A DNA stretch of 64,000 nucleotides from contig OZ242037.1 in the NCBI GenBank assembly GCA_965205165.1, forward strand, positions 2,443,455 to 2,507,454, written 5' to 3'. Shown here in pieces: positions 28,875-40,431 of this stretch (position 1 is the first letter of the stretch; the number at the start of each line of letters is the position of its first letter). Source of the stretch: Dehalococcoidia bacterium. Its GTDB lineage: Bacteria; Chloroflexota; Dehalococcoidia; Bin125. A program made the position numbers and the translations under genes. The notes beneath the pieces were generated by a model. The model saw only the letters and a list, made by a program, of their open reading frames with translations, had not been told where the DNA came from and ran no database searches.

Positions 28875-29371
28875 CCAGCCCCCGATCCTCCCCCGAAGCC
28901 CTGATCGCCGAACGCGCATCGGTCGCCGACGCCCGCGAGATCCACCGCCTGATCCGCTATTGGGTCGACGAGACCGGCGATGTCCTCCCCCGCACCGAAG
29001 GCGAAATCTACGAAAACATCCGCGACTTCGTCGTCGTCCGCTCCCCCGGCGGCAAGCGCCTGCTAGCCGCTGGCGCACTCCACGTCGAATGGCTCGATCT
29101 CGCCGAAATCAAGTCCCTCGTCGTCGATCCCTCCGCCCAAGGCGAGGGCCTCGGCCGCGTCCTCGTTCAAGCCTGCCTCGACGAAGCCCGCCAGCTCGGC
29201 CTCAAGACCGTCTTCGCCCTCACCACCACCCCCGCCTTCTTCGAGCGCCTCGGCTTCCGCACCGCCGGCGTCAGCACCTTCCCCCGCAAAGTCTGGAACG
29301 AATGCTTCCGCTGCCCCAAATACGACCACTGCGACGAAGTAGCCGTCTCAATCGACCTCACCAAATTGTAG
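28871..29371 (+). CDS. GNAT family N-acetyltransferase (short amino-acid N-acetyltransferase / NAGS-like)
   Basis: Acetyl-CoA binding motif VVDPSAQGEGLGRVLV; resembles C-terminal GNAT domain of ArgA; ATG overlaps recN stop. Confidence 0.78.
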   Translation: MTSPRSSPEALIAERASVADAREIHRLIRYWVDETGDVLPRTEGEIYENIRDFVVVRSPGGKRLLAAGALHVEWLDLAEIKSLVVDPSAQGEGLGRVLVQACLDEARQLGLKTVFALTTTPAFFERLGFRTAGVSTFPRKVWNECFRCPKYDHCDEVAVSIDLTKL

Positions 29372-29388
29372 GCGCCGCCACCGCCCGC

Positions 29389-31184
29389 TCATTCATCAGC
29401 AGGCACCGCGTACTGGCACTCGACTGAGTGGTCCCGCGGGCGGCCCAGACGGATGACGCAAACGACGTGGCGTCCGGTACTGATCATCCGGTAGCCACTG
29501 CCCAAAAACGAGTCCAAGGTGTTTGCATGGAGCCCTCGGCAGACGACGTCGCCGCGCCTCCTGACACTACATGTCGTGTGGAATCCAGCATCTATCAGCT
29601 CGCCCCAGTATCCATCGCCGGTTTGCCCAAAAGTATTGCTTCCCCAGCACTCCGCCCGCCCGTTCATCGGGATGGCGCACGTGTGCAGATCTCCGGCGCT
29701 GATTGCGCGATATGCGCCCGAGGGCGGCGTCGATTGCCCGTGCTCGTCGCTGCCCCAGCACGAAATCCGCCCGGATCGGTCGAGCGCGCATGCATGCTCC
29801 CGCCCCACCGTGACTTCCGTGAACGCACCATCGGGCGGGTCTCCGAAGCGCGATTCGGCGGTGTCGAAACTCCAGCACGCCGCCTGCCCGTCCATCGAAA
29901 TGGCGCACGCGTCATCAACCCCGCGCTGACCATCGCGAATGTCCCATTCGGTCCGGCGACCTCTTCACCGGTATCGGTCTCCCAACATCGGATTTCGCCG
30001 CCGCTTGCCAGCGCGCATGCGTGCCGGCTCGCAACCGCGACCGACCTGTACCTCCCGTCGGGCGGAGCAGCCGGCCACGAGCGGGTGTTCGGAGCCGGAT
30101 TCCAGCACAGTAGCCGGCCACTCAGCTTGATGCCGCAAACCGTGGGCCCGCCTGCGCTGACCACGCGGAACTTGTCGTGCGCGCGCGGGTACGTCGTCGC
30201 ATCAAGTTGCGGATCCTGCCAGCACTCCAGGGCGTCGTCCGCCCGGATCGCGCAGATGACTCGCGTTCCCGCCGCCACGGCAACGTACTCGCCGTCCATA
30301 TTCTGCAGCGGCGTGCCGATCACTTGACCCCAGCACGCCAGACCGTCCTGTTCGGTGATCCCGCACGAAATACCGTCGCCCGCGCTCACCGACTTGAATC
30401 GCACGTCTTCCGGTGGCGGCGTCCCGAGCCACCAACCCTCGCCCCAGCACGTGACGCTGCCGGTCTCCAGAATCGCGCACGATCTCTGCCGCCCGGAGCT
30501 GATGCGGACTGCCCGACGCTCGTCGTATTCGTCGAACCGCAGGTCGCCTGGCGGCCGAGCGCGTCCTCCGGCCGTGCCGCCTGAACACTGGGTGATGCCC
30601 TGCTCTGAGTCTTCATCGCAAATCTCGGGACCGCTGAAGTTCCAGCATGAGACCTCCCCGCCCGCCGAGAGCGCGCAGGCATGCTGCTCATCGGCGCTGA
30701 TCGCTAGGAACGATTCTGTCGGCGGCTGCCCCACGGACGATGCGCCCCAACACTCGATCCGTCCGGTTCGCCGGACCCCGCAGGCCCGATGGCCCGCCGC
30801 CGCCACATCCCGGAACTCGCCATTCGGCGGCTCCAAATCCACGAGCTTGAGGCGCGACCAGCAGGTTGGCGTCCAGTCTTCCCGCAGCGCGCACGTGCTC
30901 GCCCCCGTTGCGCTGATCGAGCGGAACCGCCCGGTCGGCGCGTCGAGGTCGCGCCCGGTGTCATGCGCATAGCAGGAAATCCGGCCCTCACGGTCCAGCA
31001 CGCAGGCATGGGCCTCGCCCACGGCGAGCCGCCGCACCGGGTCCGCTTCAAACTCTGCCGTTCCAGCCGCTTCCTCACCCCGCTCTCCCCCTTCCCCGCC
31101 ATTCTCGGCCTCCTCACCCGAAGAGCACCCCGCCATCGCGCAGATCACAGCGACAAGCAGGCCCGCCAGTAGCAACACTCGCAC
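29389..31184 (-). pseudogene. RCC1-repeat (beta-propeller) lipoprotein gene interrupted by a -1 frameshift in a C4 homopolymer (29919-29922)
   Basis: Lipoprotein signal MRVLLLAGLLVAVICAMAGCSS; >10 repeats of ...H(A/T)CA(L/I)...G.I.CWG; frame of ORF 29664..31184 degenerates after FAMVSAG, and the repeat pattern continues in ORF 29389..29895 (VDDACAISMDGQAACW) in the frame reached by adding one G to the GGGG run. Confidence 0.7.
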
Positions 31185-31242
31185 CCTGCCCTCCCCTCTG
31201 CTCAGCCGACGCGCATAAGATACGGCCGCATCGGAGGCTGCG

Positions 31243-31842
31243 ATGGATGAATCTGGGCTGGAGCGCTTGACCGAAACCGTGATCGAATCCGACGCCGCCT
31301 ACCGCGGCATCCGCGTCAACGTCCGCGTCGACAAGCACCGCATGGCCGACGGCCGCGAAGCGACCCGCGAAGTCGTCGAGCACCCCGACTCGGTCGTCGT
31401 CCTCGCCCTCCGCGAGGACGGGATGATCCCCTTCGTCCGCCAGTGGCGCGCGCCCGCCGAAGGCATCCTGCTCGAACTGCCTGCCGGCAAGATCGATCCC
31501 GGCGAGGAACCCGAAGCCGCGGCCCGCCGCGAACTGCGCGAGGAGGTCGGCCTCGACCCCGCCGAGCTCGAACCGTTGCCAGCCTTCTACGTCGCGCCCG
31601 GCTGGGCCACCGAGCGCCTCTTCGCCTTCATCGCCCGCGGCTGCACCGAAGCGCCCCTCCCGCCCGACGACGACGAGGAACTCCTGATCGAATGGCTCTC
31701 GCTCGGCGAGGCGATGCAGCGCGTGGAAGCCGGCGAAATCATCGACGCCAAATCCCTCGTCCTCCTCCAAGCCCTCGCCCTCCAAGCCATCGGCCCCCTC
31801 GGCCGCAAAGTCGTCCACCACTACCGCGGCGAGCGACTCTGA
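31243..31842 (+). CDS. NUDIX hydrolase (ADP-ribose pyrophosphatase-like)
   Basis: Nudix box GKIDPGEEPEAAARRELREEVGL; GGAGG RBS upstream of ATG 31243. Confidence 0.85.
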   Translation: MDESGLERLTETVIESDAAYRGIRVNVRVDKHRMADGREATREVVEHPDSVVVLALREDGMIPFVRQWRAPAEGILLELPAGKIDPGEEPEAAARRELREEVGLDPAELEPLPAFYVAPGWATERLFAFIARGCTEAPLPPDDDEELLIEWLSLGEAMQRVEAGEIIDAKSLVLLQALALQAIGPLGRKVVHHYRGERL

Positions 31843-31934
31843 ACCCGCGGCACTACCCTCGATCGCAGATCGGTGCGACAATCTGATCAGCGCCCCGCGC
31901 AGCGCGCGTCGCGGAGCGCATTCGGAGGTTCCCC

Positions 31935-33671
<1,737 letters not shown>

Positions 33672-33687
33672 CAGCACGGAGTCCGCA

Positions 33688-34743
33688 ATGGCCGACCAGA
33701 CCTTCGTCATCCGCCGCTACGACCCCGACACGCGGGAAACCTACGACCAGTCCTTCGAGGTCGACGTCCAGCCCGGCCAGACCGTGCTCGACTGCCTCAA
33801 CGCCATCAAGTGGGAGCAGGACGGCACCCTCTCATTCCGCATGTCCTGCCGCCATGCCATCTGCGGCTCCTGCGCCATGAAGGTCAACGGCAGCTCCATG
33901 CTCGCCTGCCAGACCCAGGTCTCCGAGGCCGCCGCCGGTGGTGATCCCGTCCGCGTCGGACCCATGGGCAACCAGCCCGTGATCAAGGACCTCGTCGTCG
34001 ACACCGCCAAATTCGTCAGCCAGTTCGAGCGCGCTCAGACTTGGCTCGAACCTCCCGAAGACCAGGAACCCCCGGCCAAGGAGTACCGCCAGCCCGTCGA
34101 AGAGTTCGACCATTGGTCGCACGCCTCCACCTGCATCCACTGCGGCGCCTGCTACTCCGACTGCACCGTCGCCGCCGTCGACGAAAACTTCCTCGGCCCC
34201 GCCGCGCTGGCCAAGGCCTACCGCTTCGTCATGGACTCCCGCGACGCCCGCCGCGAGGAGCGCCTCAAGTTCCTCACCGAAACCGAAGGCGGCATCTGGG
34301 ACTGCACCCGCTGCTACATGTGCGTCCAGGCCTGCCCCAAGGACGTCCTCCCCATGGACGCTATCATGGAGCTCCGCACCCTCGCCATCGAAGCCGGCTA
34401 CACCAATAACCACGGCACTCGCCACCACAAGGGCTTCACCAGCGGCGTCCGCAAGCGCGGACGCCTCGACGAGGCCTCCCTGCCCGTCCAATCCGTCGGC
34501 ATCACCCGCCTCGCCACGCTCCAGCCCGCCGCCGTCAAGGAAATGCTGGCCTACACCCCGGGCGCCATCCGGCTGCTCAAGTCGCGCAAGCTCATCGCCG
34601 CCGCCCAGCGCCACGGTGCCAGCAAGGACGGACGCGGCCAAATCCAGCGCATCTTCGAGGAAGTCGAAGACGAAAAGCACCACCACGACGTAGACGCCGA
34701 GGCCTTCTCGGCCCAATTCGAAACCGCGCTCGGCAGCGGCTGA
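33688..34743 (+). CDS. sdhB: succinate dehydrogenase iron-sulfur subunit (with C-terminal extension)
   Basis: 2Fe-2S (CRHAICGSCAM...C), 4Fe-4S (CIHCGACYSDC) and 3Fe-4S (CTRCYMCVQACP) cysteine clusters; 351 aa, ~100 aa longer than canonical SdhB. Confidence 0.9.
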   Translation: MADQTFVIRRYDPDTRETYDQSFEVDVQPGQTVLDCLNAIKWEQDGTLSFRMSCRHAICGSCAMKVNGSSMLACQTQVSEAAAGGDPVRVGPMGNQPVIKDLVVDTAKFVSQFERAQTWLEPPEDQEPPAKEYRQPVEEFDHWSHASTCIHCGACYSDCTVAAVDENFLGPAALAKAYRFVMDSRDARREERLKFLTETEGGIWDCTRCYMCVQACPKDVLPMDAIMELRTLAIEAGYTNNHGTRHHKGFTSGVRKRGRLDEASLPVQSVGITRLATLQPAAVKEMLAYTPGAIRLLKSRKLIAAAQRHGASKDGRGQIQRIFEEVEDEKHHHDVDAEAFSAQFETALGSG

Positions 34744-34784
34744 CCGGCGCGCTCGGCAAAGCAGGCAACAGGGCGGAGGCAGCA

Positions 34785-35681
34785 ATGGCGGCGAACGGCA
34801 CTGGCGGCAAGTACGCGTTCTGGCCCGGCTGCGTCGCCCGCGGCGCCGCCCCGGAGCTTTACACCGCCACCCTCGCGGTGGCCGAGCACCTCGGCTTCGA
34901 ACTGGTGGAACTCGAAGCCGCCGCCTGCACCGGTGCCGGCATCATCTCCGACGGCGAGCCCTACCTCCAGGACGTCCTCAACGCACGTACCATGGCCTTC
35001 GCCGAGCAGATGGACCTCCCGCTCATGGACATCTGCTCCACCTGCGTCGGCGTCCACCGACTCGCCGCCGAAAAAATGCGCAACGTCGACTACCGCATCC
35101 GCATCAACTCCCACCTCGCGCCCGAAGGCCTCGAATACCGCGGCTCCGCAGACCCCCGCCACCTGCTCTGGATCCTGCTCGAAGACATCGGCGAGGACAA
35201 ACTCAACTCCCTGATCAAGAAGCCGCTCGACGAACTCAAGCTCGGCCCCTTCTACGGCTGCTACATCGTCCGCCCCGAACGCACCCTCGACTTCGAGCAG
35301 AATCCCACCCGCAAGGACAGCCTCGAACGCCTGATCAGCCTCGTCGGCGCGACCACCGTCACCTACGATGGCATGACCAAGTGCTGCGGCTTTCCCATCC
35401 TCACCACCAACAAGCGCAACTCCCTCGCCATGGCCGGCTCCCACATCGCCGAAGCGCAAGGCCTCGGTGCGGACGCGCTCGTCACCCCCTGCCCGCTCTG
35501 CCACCTCAACCTCGACGCGCAGCAGGCAGACGCCGCCAAAGTCATCGACCAGCGCCTCGAAACCCCGATCCTCCACGTCCCGCAGCTGCTCGGCCTCGCC
35601 ATGGGCCTCTCGCCGGAATCCCTCGGCCTCACCCGCCACGTCGTCGACGCCAACGGCCTGCTCAACCGAATCGGCGCGTAA
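34785..35681 (+). CDS. CCG-domain (HdrB-like) subunit of succinate dehydrogenase (type E SdhE/SdhC-like)
   Basis: Two cysteine-rich CCG-type motifs (WPGCVARG...CTGAG; KCCGFP...CPLCHLN) typical of heterodisulfide-reductase-B-like Sdh membrane-associated subunits; immediately downstream of sdhAB. Confidence 0.78.
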   Translation: MAANGTGGKYAFWPGCVARGAAPELYTATLAVAEHLGFELVELEAAACTGAGIISDGEPYLQDVLNARTMAFAEQMDLPLMDICSTCVGVHRLAAEKMRNVDYRIRINSHLAPEGLEYRGSADPRHLLWILLEDIGEDKLNSLIKKPLDELKLGPFYGCYIVRPERTLDFEQNPTRKDSLERLISLVGATTVTYDGMTKCCGFPILTTNKRNSLAMAGSHIAEAQGLGADALVTPCPLCHLNLDAQQADAAKVIDQRLETPILHVPQLLGLAMGLSPESLGLTRHVVDANGLLNRIGA

Positions 35682-35758
35682 GCGGAACGCGCCGCCCCCC
35701 GCATGGCGGTGCGGGAAGGCGGCGCGCAAGGACGGAGGGCTGCCGGGCGGCTTCACCA

Positions 35759-35780
35759 CCGGCCCCGAAAGGCCGGCTTT
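35759..35780 (+). terminator. candidate weak intrinsic terminator: CCGGCC-ccgaaa-GGCCGG followed by CTTT
   Basis: 6-bp GC stem with 6-nt loop ~80 nt after sdh CCG-subunit stop; T-tract only 3 nt, so weak. Confidence 0.25.
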
Positions 35781-35856
35781 GGGCGGGCGGGTCGGACGCC
35801 CCCGGCGACACGGGCCCTCCGAAAGAGCAAGACGCCCTCGGGCGGAAAAAAGTTCC

Positions 35857-36807
35857 CTACCCGCCGGATCCCGTTCCCCGCAGCCGCGGATCCAGCACGT
35901 CCCGCAGCGCGTCCCCGAACACGTTGAACGAAAACACGATCAGCGCGATCGCGGCCCCCGGCGCGAGCACCAGCCACGGCCACCGCGTGATCTGCCCCCG
36001 CGACGTCGACTCGAACAGAATGAACCCCCAAGTCGGATTCTCCGCCGAACTCGCCCCCAGCGACAGGAACGACAGCGCCGCCTCCGCCAAGATCGTCCCG
36101 CCGATCGTCACCGTCGCCAGCACCATCACCGGCGCCACGATGTTCGGCAGGATGTGCCGGAAGATGATCCTCGGCGCGCTCGCCCCCACCGTCCGCGCCG
36201 CCTCGATGTAGGTGAACTGCATCACCGAGAGCACCGTTCCCCGGATCACCCGCTGCGTCCCCGGTATCAGGAAAATCACGATCGCGAAGATCACCGTCGC
36301 CACCCCGGGTGACATCATCGTCACCAGCACCATCAGCAGCACCAGCGGCGGCAGCGCCTGCATCGAGTCCGACAGCCGCTGCACCACCATGTCCGCCGCC
36401 CCGCCGATGTACGGCGATACCGTTCCGATGATCGTCCCGATCGCGATCCCCAGCGCCGTCGCCGCCAAGCCCACGATCATCGCTGTCCGCGCGCCGAAGA
36501 TGATCCGGCTGAACATGTCCCGCCCCAGCGCGTCCGTGCCCGCGATGTGCGAGGCCGACGGCCCCGACAGCTTGTTCACCACGTCCGTCCGCTCCGCCGG
36601 GAACGGCGCGAAGCCCGGCACGATCACCTCGCCGCCGATCGTGATGTCCTGCCCGAACAGCGCCGTGATGATCAGGATCACGATGATCGCGCCCCCGAAC
36701 GCGCCCAGCGGCTTCTGCCGCGCGACGCGGCCCAGCCGCCGCAGCCTGCCCGGCCCCCGCTCTTCCGCGATCTCGACGGCCGGCGCCTCGGTGGCGATGG
36801 ATGTCAT
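35857..36807 (-). CDS. ABC transporter permease (DppC/OppC-like)
   Basis: DppC-type 6-TMS core with the conserved permease EAA loop region (YIEAARTVGAS). Confidence 0.85.
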   Translation of the reverse strand: MTSIATEAPAVEIAEERGPGRLRRLGRVARQKPLGAFGGAIIVILIITALFGQDITIGGEVIVPGFAPFPAERTDVVNKLSGPSASHIAGTDALGRDMFSRIIFGARTAMIVGLAATALGIAIGTIIGTVSPYIGGAADMVVQRLSDSMQALPPLVLLMVLVTMMSPGVATVIFAIVIFLIPGTQRVIRGTVLSVMQFTYIEAARTVGASAPRIIFRHILPNIVAPVMVLATVTIGGTILAEAALSFLSLGASSAENPTWGFILFESTSRGQITRWPWLVLAPGAAIALIVFSFNVFGDALRDVLDPRLRGTGSGG

Positions 36808-36820
36808 CGCTCGCTCCGCC

Positions 36821-37783
36821 TCAGCCGTACCTGATCCGCGGATCTATCGCCGCGTAGCTCAAATCCACCAGCAGGTTGATCAGCACCACCCCGAAGCCCA
36901 GCACCACCACGACGCCGACCACCACGTTGAAATCCGCCCGCCGGATCGCCGTCACCAGCAGCGCCCCCACCCCGTTGACCCGGAAGATGTACTCGATGAT
37001 CACCGCGCCGCTGATCAGGAAGGCCGCCTGATTGGCGAAGATCGTGAGCACCGGAATGAAGGAGTTCCGCAGCGCGTGCCGCAGCACCACGGCGCGCTCG
37101 TTCAGCCCCTTCGCCCGCGCCGTCCGCACGTAATCCTCGTGCACCACCTCCAGCATCTGCGAACGCTGCATCCGCATCAGCGTCGCCATCATCGACGCGC
37201 TCAGCACCAGCGCCGGCCCGATCATCGCCGCCAAATTCTGCAGCGGATCATCCCAGAAATAGGGCGAATCCAAGGTCGCCAGCGAGACCCCGACCCACTC
37301 CGCCACGAACGTGACGACCAGGATCGCCAGCAGGAAATTCGGGATCGCCAAGCCCAGGATCGTGAAGATCCGCCCCGCGTAGTCGGCCGCCGAATCCTGC
37401 CGCATCGCCGAGATGATCCCCACCGGAATCGCGACCAGGAACGAGATCACGCTCGCCAGCAACACCAGCTCGATGCTGCGCGGCAGGCGCAGCCCGATCT
37501 CGTCGACCACGCTCTCGCTCGTCGCGAACGAGCGCCCCAGATCCCCCTGCACCGCGTTCCAGAGCCACGTCCCGTAGCGCTCGAAGACCGGCTTGTCCAA
37601 GCCCAGCTGCTTGTTGTACTGCTCGATCGCCGCCTCGGTCAGCGACGCGCCCTGCGCCCCTTCGGCCAGCAGCCGCTCCGCCGTGCTCCCCGGAAACGCG
37701 TTCACCAGCATGAACGAGATGAACGAGAGCAGGAAGATCACGACCACGACGCCGATCAGGCGGCGGATGACGTAGCCGGTCAT
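36821..37783 (-). CDS. ABC transporter permease (DppB/OppB-like)
   Basis: N-term MTGYVIRRLIGVVVVIFLLSFISFMLVNAFPG; EAA loop (YVRTARAKGLNE); start at ATG 37783, ORF track extends upstream to 37924. Confidence 0.85.
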   Translation of the reverse strand: MTGYVIRRLIGVVVVIFLLSFISFMLVNAFPGSTAERLLAEGAQGASLTEAAIEQYNKQLGLDKPVFERYGTWLWNAVQGDLGRSFATSESVVDEIGLRLPRSIELVLLASVISFLVAIPVGIISAMRQDSAADYAGRIFTILGLAIPNFLLAILVVTFVAEWVGVSLATLDSPYFWDDPLQNLAAMIGPALVLSASMMATLMRMQRSQMLEVVHEDYVRTARAKGLNERAVVLRHALRNSFIPVLTIFANQAAFLISGAVIIEYIFRVNGVGALLVTAIRRADFNVVVGVVVVLGFGVVLINLLVDLSYAAIDPRIRYG

Positions 37784-37823
37784 GTGCGGTCGCGCGCGCG
37801 CTCGGGGTCGCGGGGGACCCCGA

Positions 37824-39806
37824 TCACGCGTTCTTCCAGACCCGCTCGACGTTGGTCGCGCCCCAGCCCGGGTTCCACGCGTTGTACGTGTCGATCCGGT
37901 TGTACAGGTAGCCGCGCCGCGCATACAAGCGGTACGGGTTCACCGCGAACACGCGCCACATGTTGTTCAGCTCCTTGATCCGGATCTTCTCCAAGATGTC
38001 CGAGCGCTTGTCGACGTCCAGCTCGCGCCGCTGGTCAAGGCACCATTGGTCGATCTCCGGATCGCTGATCCCGTACCAGTTGCTGGAGCTGTCGCTGTGC
38101 ATCTTGCCGTAGGCCAGCCCGTCCGCGTCCATCTCCGCGCCGATCAGCCATGTGAACAGCGCATCGGTGAAGTCGCGCGTCACCACCTTGGCGATCCAGT
38201 TCTCCACCTCGATCTGCTCGTGGTTCGCGGTCACGCCCAGGTTCCGCTTCCACTGGTCCCGCACCAGCTCGTACAGGTTCAGGTACGTGTTCGCCACGTT
38301 GTGCATCATGAACTGGAACTCGAGCGGATTCGCGTCGTTGTAGCCGGCCGCATCCAGCAGCATCCGGCCCTCCTGCGGATCGAACCGCGCGAAATCGCCC
38401 AGCTCCGCCTCCGTCCACGGCCACTCGCGGAAGCCCCAGTCCGATTCATCGTCGCGGAAGAAGGTCCAGTTCTGCCCGTAGCCCGCCGCCGCCAGCCCGT
38501 TGTACACCCCCTCCTTCTGCTCAGCCCGGTTCATCCCCACCGACAGCGCCTGCCGCACCCGCGGATCGCCGAACACGCCCGAGTTGATATCCAGGAAGTT
38601 CACGTACGGCTGCCAACCCGGGGGGGGGGCGGTCACTTGGATCACCGTGTCAGACTGCGCCGACATCGCGCGCTCCACGTCGAACGTGTCCCACATCACC
38701 ATCCCGTCGACGTCGCCCGCCTCCCAAGCCGCCCACTCCGACTCGCGCTGGTTGATGAAGTCCGGCCCGTGCAGCCCGTCCAAGAACGGCAGCCGCATGC
38801 CGGAGACCGGATCGTCCTTCCAGTAGTTCGGGTTCTTCGACGCGATCCACTCCTTGCCCTGCTCGACGAAATCGAGGATGAACGGCCCGGTGCCGGCCGC
38901 GTTCCGCCAGTCGTCCAGCTTCGTGTAGTCGTCGGTGATGATCTCCGGCGAGATCACCGTGTGGAACGGGTTCATCATGTTGTTGAACAGGTAGGCCGAC
39001 GGTTCGCTCAGGTTGAACGTCACCGTGTTCGCCGCGTTGTCGTGCTCGATCGTGGTCACCGCCGTGTAGGACGACTCCTGCACCGTGCTGTAGTCGGGCG
39101 CGAGCGTCGCCCCGTCGCGCAGCGCGTCGTACGCGATCTTCACGTCCTCCGCGGTCATCGCCCGTCCGTTGACCGGTTCCTTGTCCTGCCAGTTGACTCC
39201 GTCGCGCAGCTGGAAGACGACCGTGGTCGGATCCACCGCTTCCCAAGTCGCCGCCAAGTCGCCCTCGTTCTCGTAGTAGTGGGCGTTGGAGAAGTCGTCC
39301 ATCGGGAAGAGGATCAGCTGGCTGTAGAACATCGGCGCGAAGGCGGCCATCAGGCTCGCGTTCGGGCCCAGCACGTTCCAGTTCGCCGCCGGCAGGTGCG
39401 CCATCGTCCAGGTGCCGCCGTACTTCGGCCCGTCGCTCTGCCCCGGCAGATTCTGCAGCTTGCTCCAGTGGTACCGCAGCCGCCACTCCTCCTCCGGTGA
39501 CAGCCCCGCCGCCTCCTGCTCCGCCGTCAGCTCGCCCGGCAGCAGCCCCGTCGACGAGACCGCTTGCTGCGCCTGCCCGCTCTGCTGCTGGGTCGCCTGC
39601 TGCGCGGTCTGATCCGCGGCCTGCTGGACCTGCTGCTCCTGCGCCGCAGCGGTCGTCTGCTGCGCCTGATCGTCGCCGTCGTCGCTGCCGCAGCCCACCA
39701 GCGCCAAGCCGGCGGCCCCGACCCCGGCCCGCGTCGAGGCCGCGAGCACCGCGCGGCGGCTGAGACGCTTGCTCCGCATCCGGGTCCAGTAGTTGCGCTC
39801 GCTCAT
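37824..39806 (-). CDS. ABC transporter substrate-binding lipoprotein, family 5, Tat-type signal
   Basis: MSERNYWTRMRSKRLSRRAVLAAS twin-arginine motif, lipobox LVGCGS, Gln/Ala-rich low-complexity linker, then SBP family-5 body; start at ATG 39806. Confidence 0.84.
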   Translation of the reverse strand: MSERNYWTRMRSKRLSRRAVLAASTRAGVGAAGLALVGCGSDDGDDQAQQTTAAAQEQQVQQAADQTAQQATQQQSGQAQQAVSSTGLLPGELTAEQEAAGLSPEEEWRLRYHWSKLQNLPGQSDGPKYGGTWTMAHLPAANWNVLGPNASLMAAFAPMFYSQLILFPMDDFSNAHYYENEGDLAATWEAVDPTTVVFQLRDGVNWQDKEPVNGRAMTAEDVKIAYDALRDGATLAPDYSTVQESSYTAVTTIEHDNAANTVTFNLSEPSAYLFNNMMNPFHTVISPEIITDDYTKLDDWRNAAGTGPFILDFVEQGKEWIASKNPNYWKDDPVSGMRLPFLDGLHGPDFINQRESEWAAWEAGDVDGMVMWDTFDVERAMSAQSDTVIQVTAPPPGWQPYVNFLDINSGVFGDPRVRQALSVGMNRAEQKEGVYNGLAAAGYGQNWTFFRDDESDWGFREWPWTEAELGDFARFDPQEGRMLLDAAGYNDANPLEFQFMMHNVANTYLNLYELVRDQWKRNLGVTANHEQIEVENWIAKVVTRDFTDALFTWLIGAEMDADGLAYGKMHSDSSSNWYGISDPEIDQWCLDQRRELDVDKRSDILEKIRIKELNNMWRVFAVNPYRLYARRGYLYNRIDTYNAWNPGWGATNVERVWKNA

Positions 39807-39915
39807 CTCGGCCTCCGGTCCCCCGTCAACGACCGCTGCTCGGCCGCTGTTTCGGGTGCGCGTAAAGTAGGGAACTCGGAATCGGATTTCAACTGCCGCG
39901 GAGCGGGGGTCGGAC

Positions 39916-40407
39916 ATGGATGAATCTGCCGAGATCGAGAGCCGCGTGCGCGACGCCTTGGACGCTGCCGGCATTTCCTTCGACACCATCGTCTGTACGC
40001 CCGACCAGGCCGACACCGCGGTCTTCTGCGAGGTCTTCGACATCGCGCCCGAAGACTCTGTCAACACCATCCTCGTCGTCGGCAAGACCGAGCCGCGCGT
40101 CTACTCCGCCTGCCTCGTCCGCGCCGATACCCGCCTCGACGTCAACCGCGCGGTGCGCAAGGAGATGGGCGTCCGCAAGGCCTCATTCGCCGGTCTCGAC
40201 GAAGCCGTCGAAGTCACCGGCATGATGTACGGCGGCGTCACCCCCTTCGGCCTGCCCGGCGAAATCCCGATCCTGATCGACTCGCGCATCGCCGGCGACG
40301 GCGTCGTCTGGCTCGGCGGCGGCAGCCGCTCGCTCAAAGTCGGCGTCAAAGCCGATGATCTCCTCCGCCTGCCCAACTCCCGTTTGGTGGAAGACTTGGC
40401 AAAGTAG
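39916..40407 (+). CDS. ybaK: YbaK/ProX-family aminoacyl-tRNA deacylase
   Basis: 163 aa; YbaK/EbsC-type editing-domain sequence (GMMYGGVTPFGLPGEIPILIDSRI). Confidence 0.78.
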   Translation: MDESAEIESRVRDALDAAGISFDTIVCTPDQADTAVFCEVFDIAPEDSVNTILVVGKTEPRVYSACLVRADTRLDVNRAVRKEMGVRKASFAGLDEAVEVTGMMYGGVTPFGLPGEIPILIDSRIAGDGVVWLGGGSRSLKVGVKADDLLRLPNSRLVEDLAK

Positions 40408-40431
40408 TCGGAGATTTGGCCGAACGGCGCC

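Noticed and set aside
35790-35856. Possible terminator (CGCCCTCGGGCG followed by A6) downstream of sdh genes
   Set aside because: Loop is only 2 nt. On the plus strand the run is A not T, and on the minus strand the T-run precedes rather than follows the hairpin.
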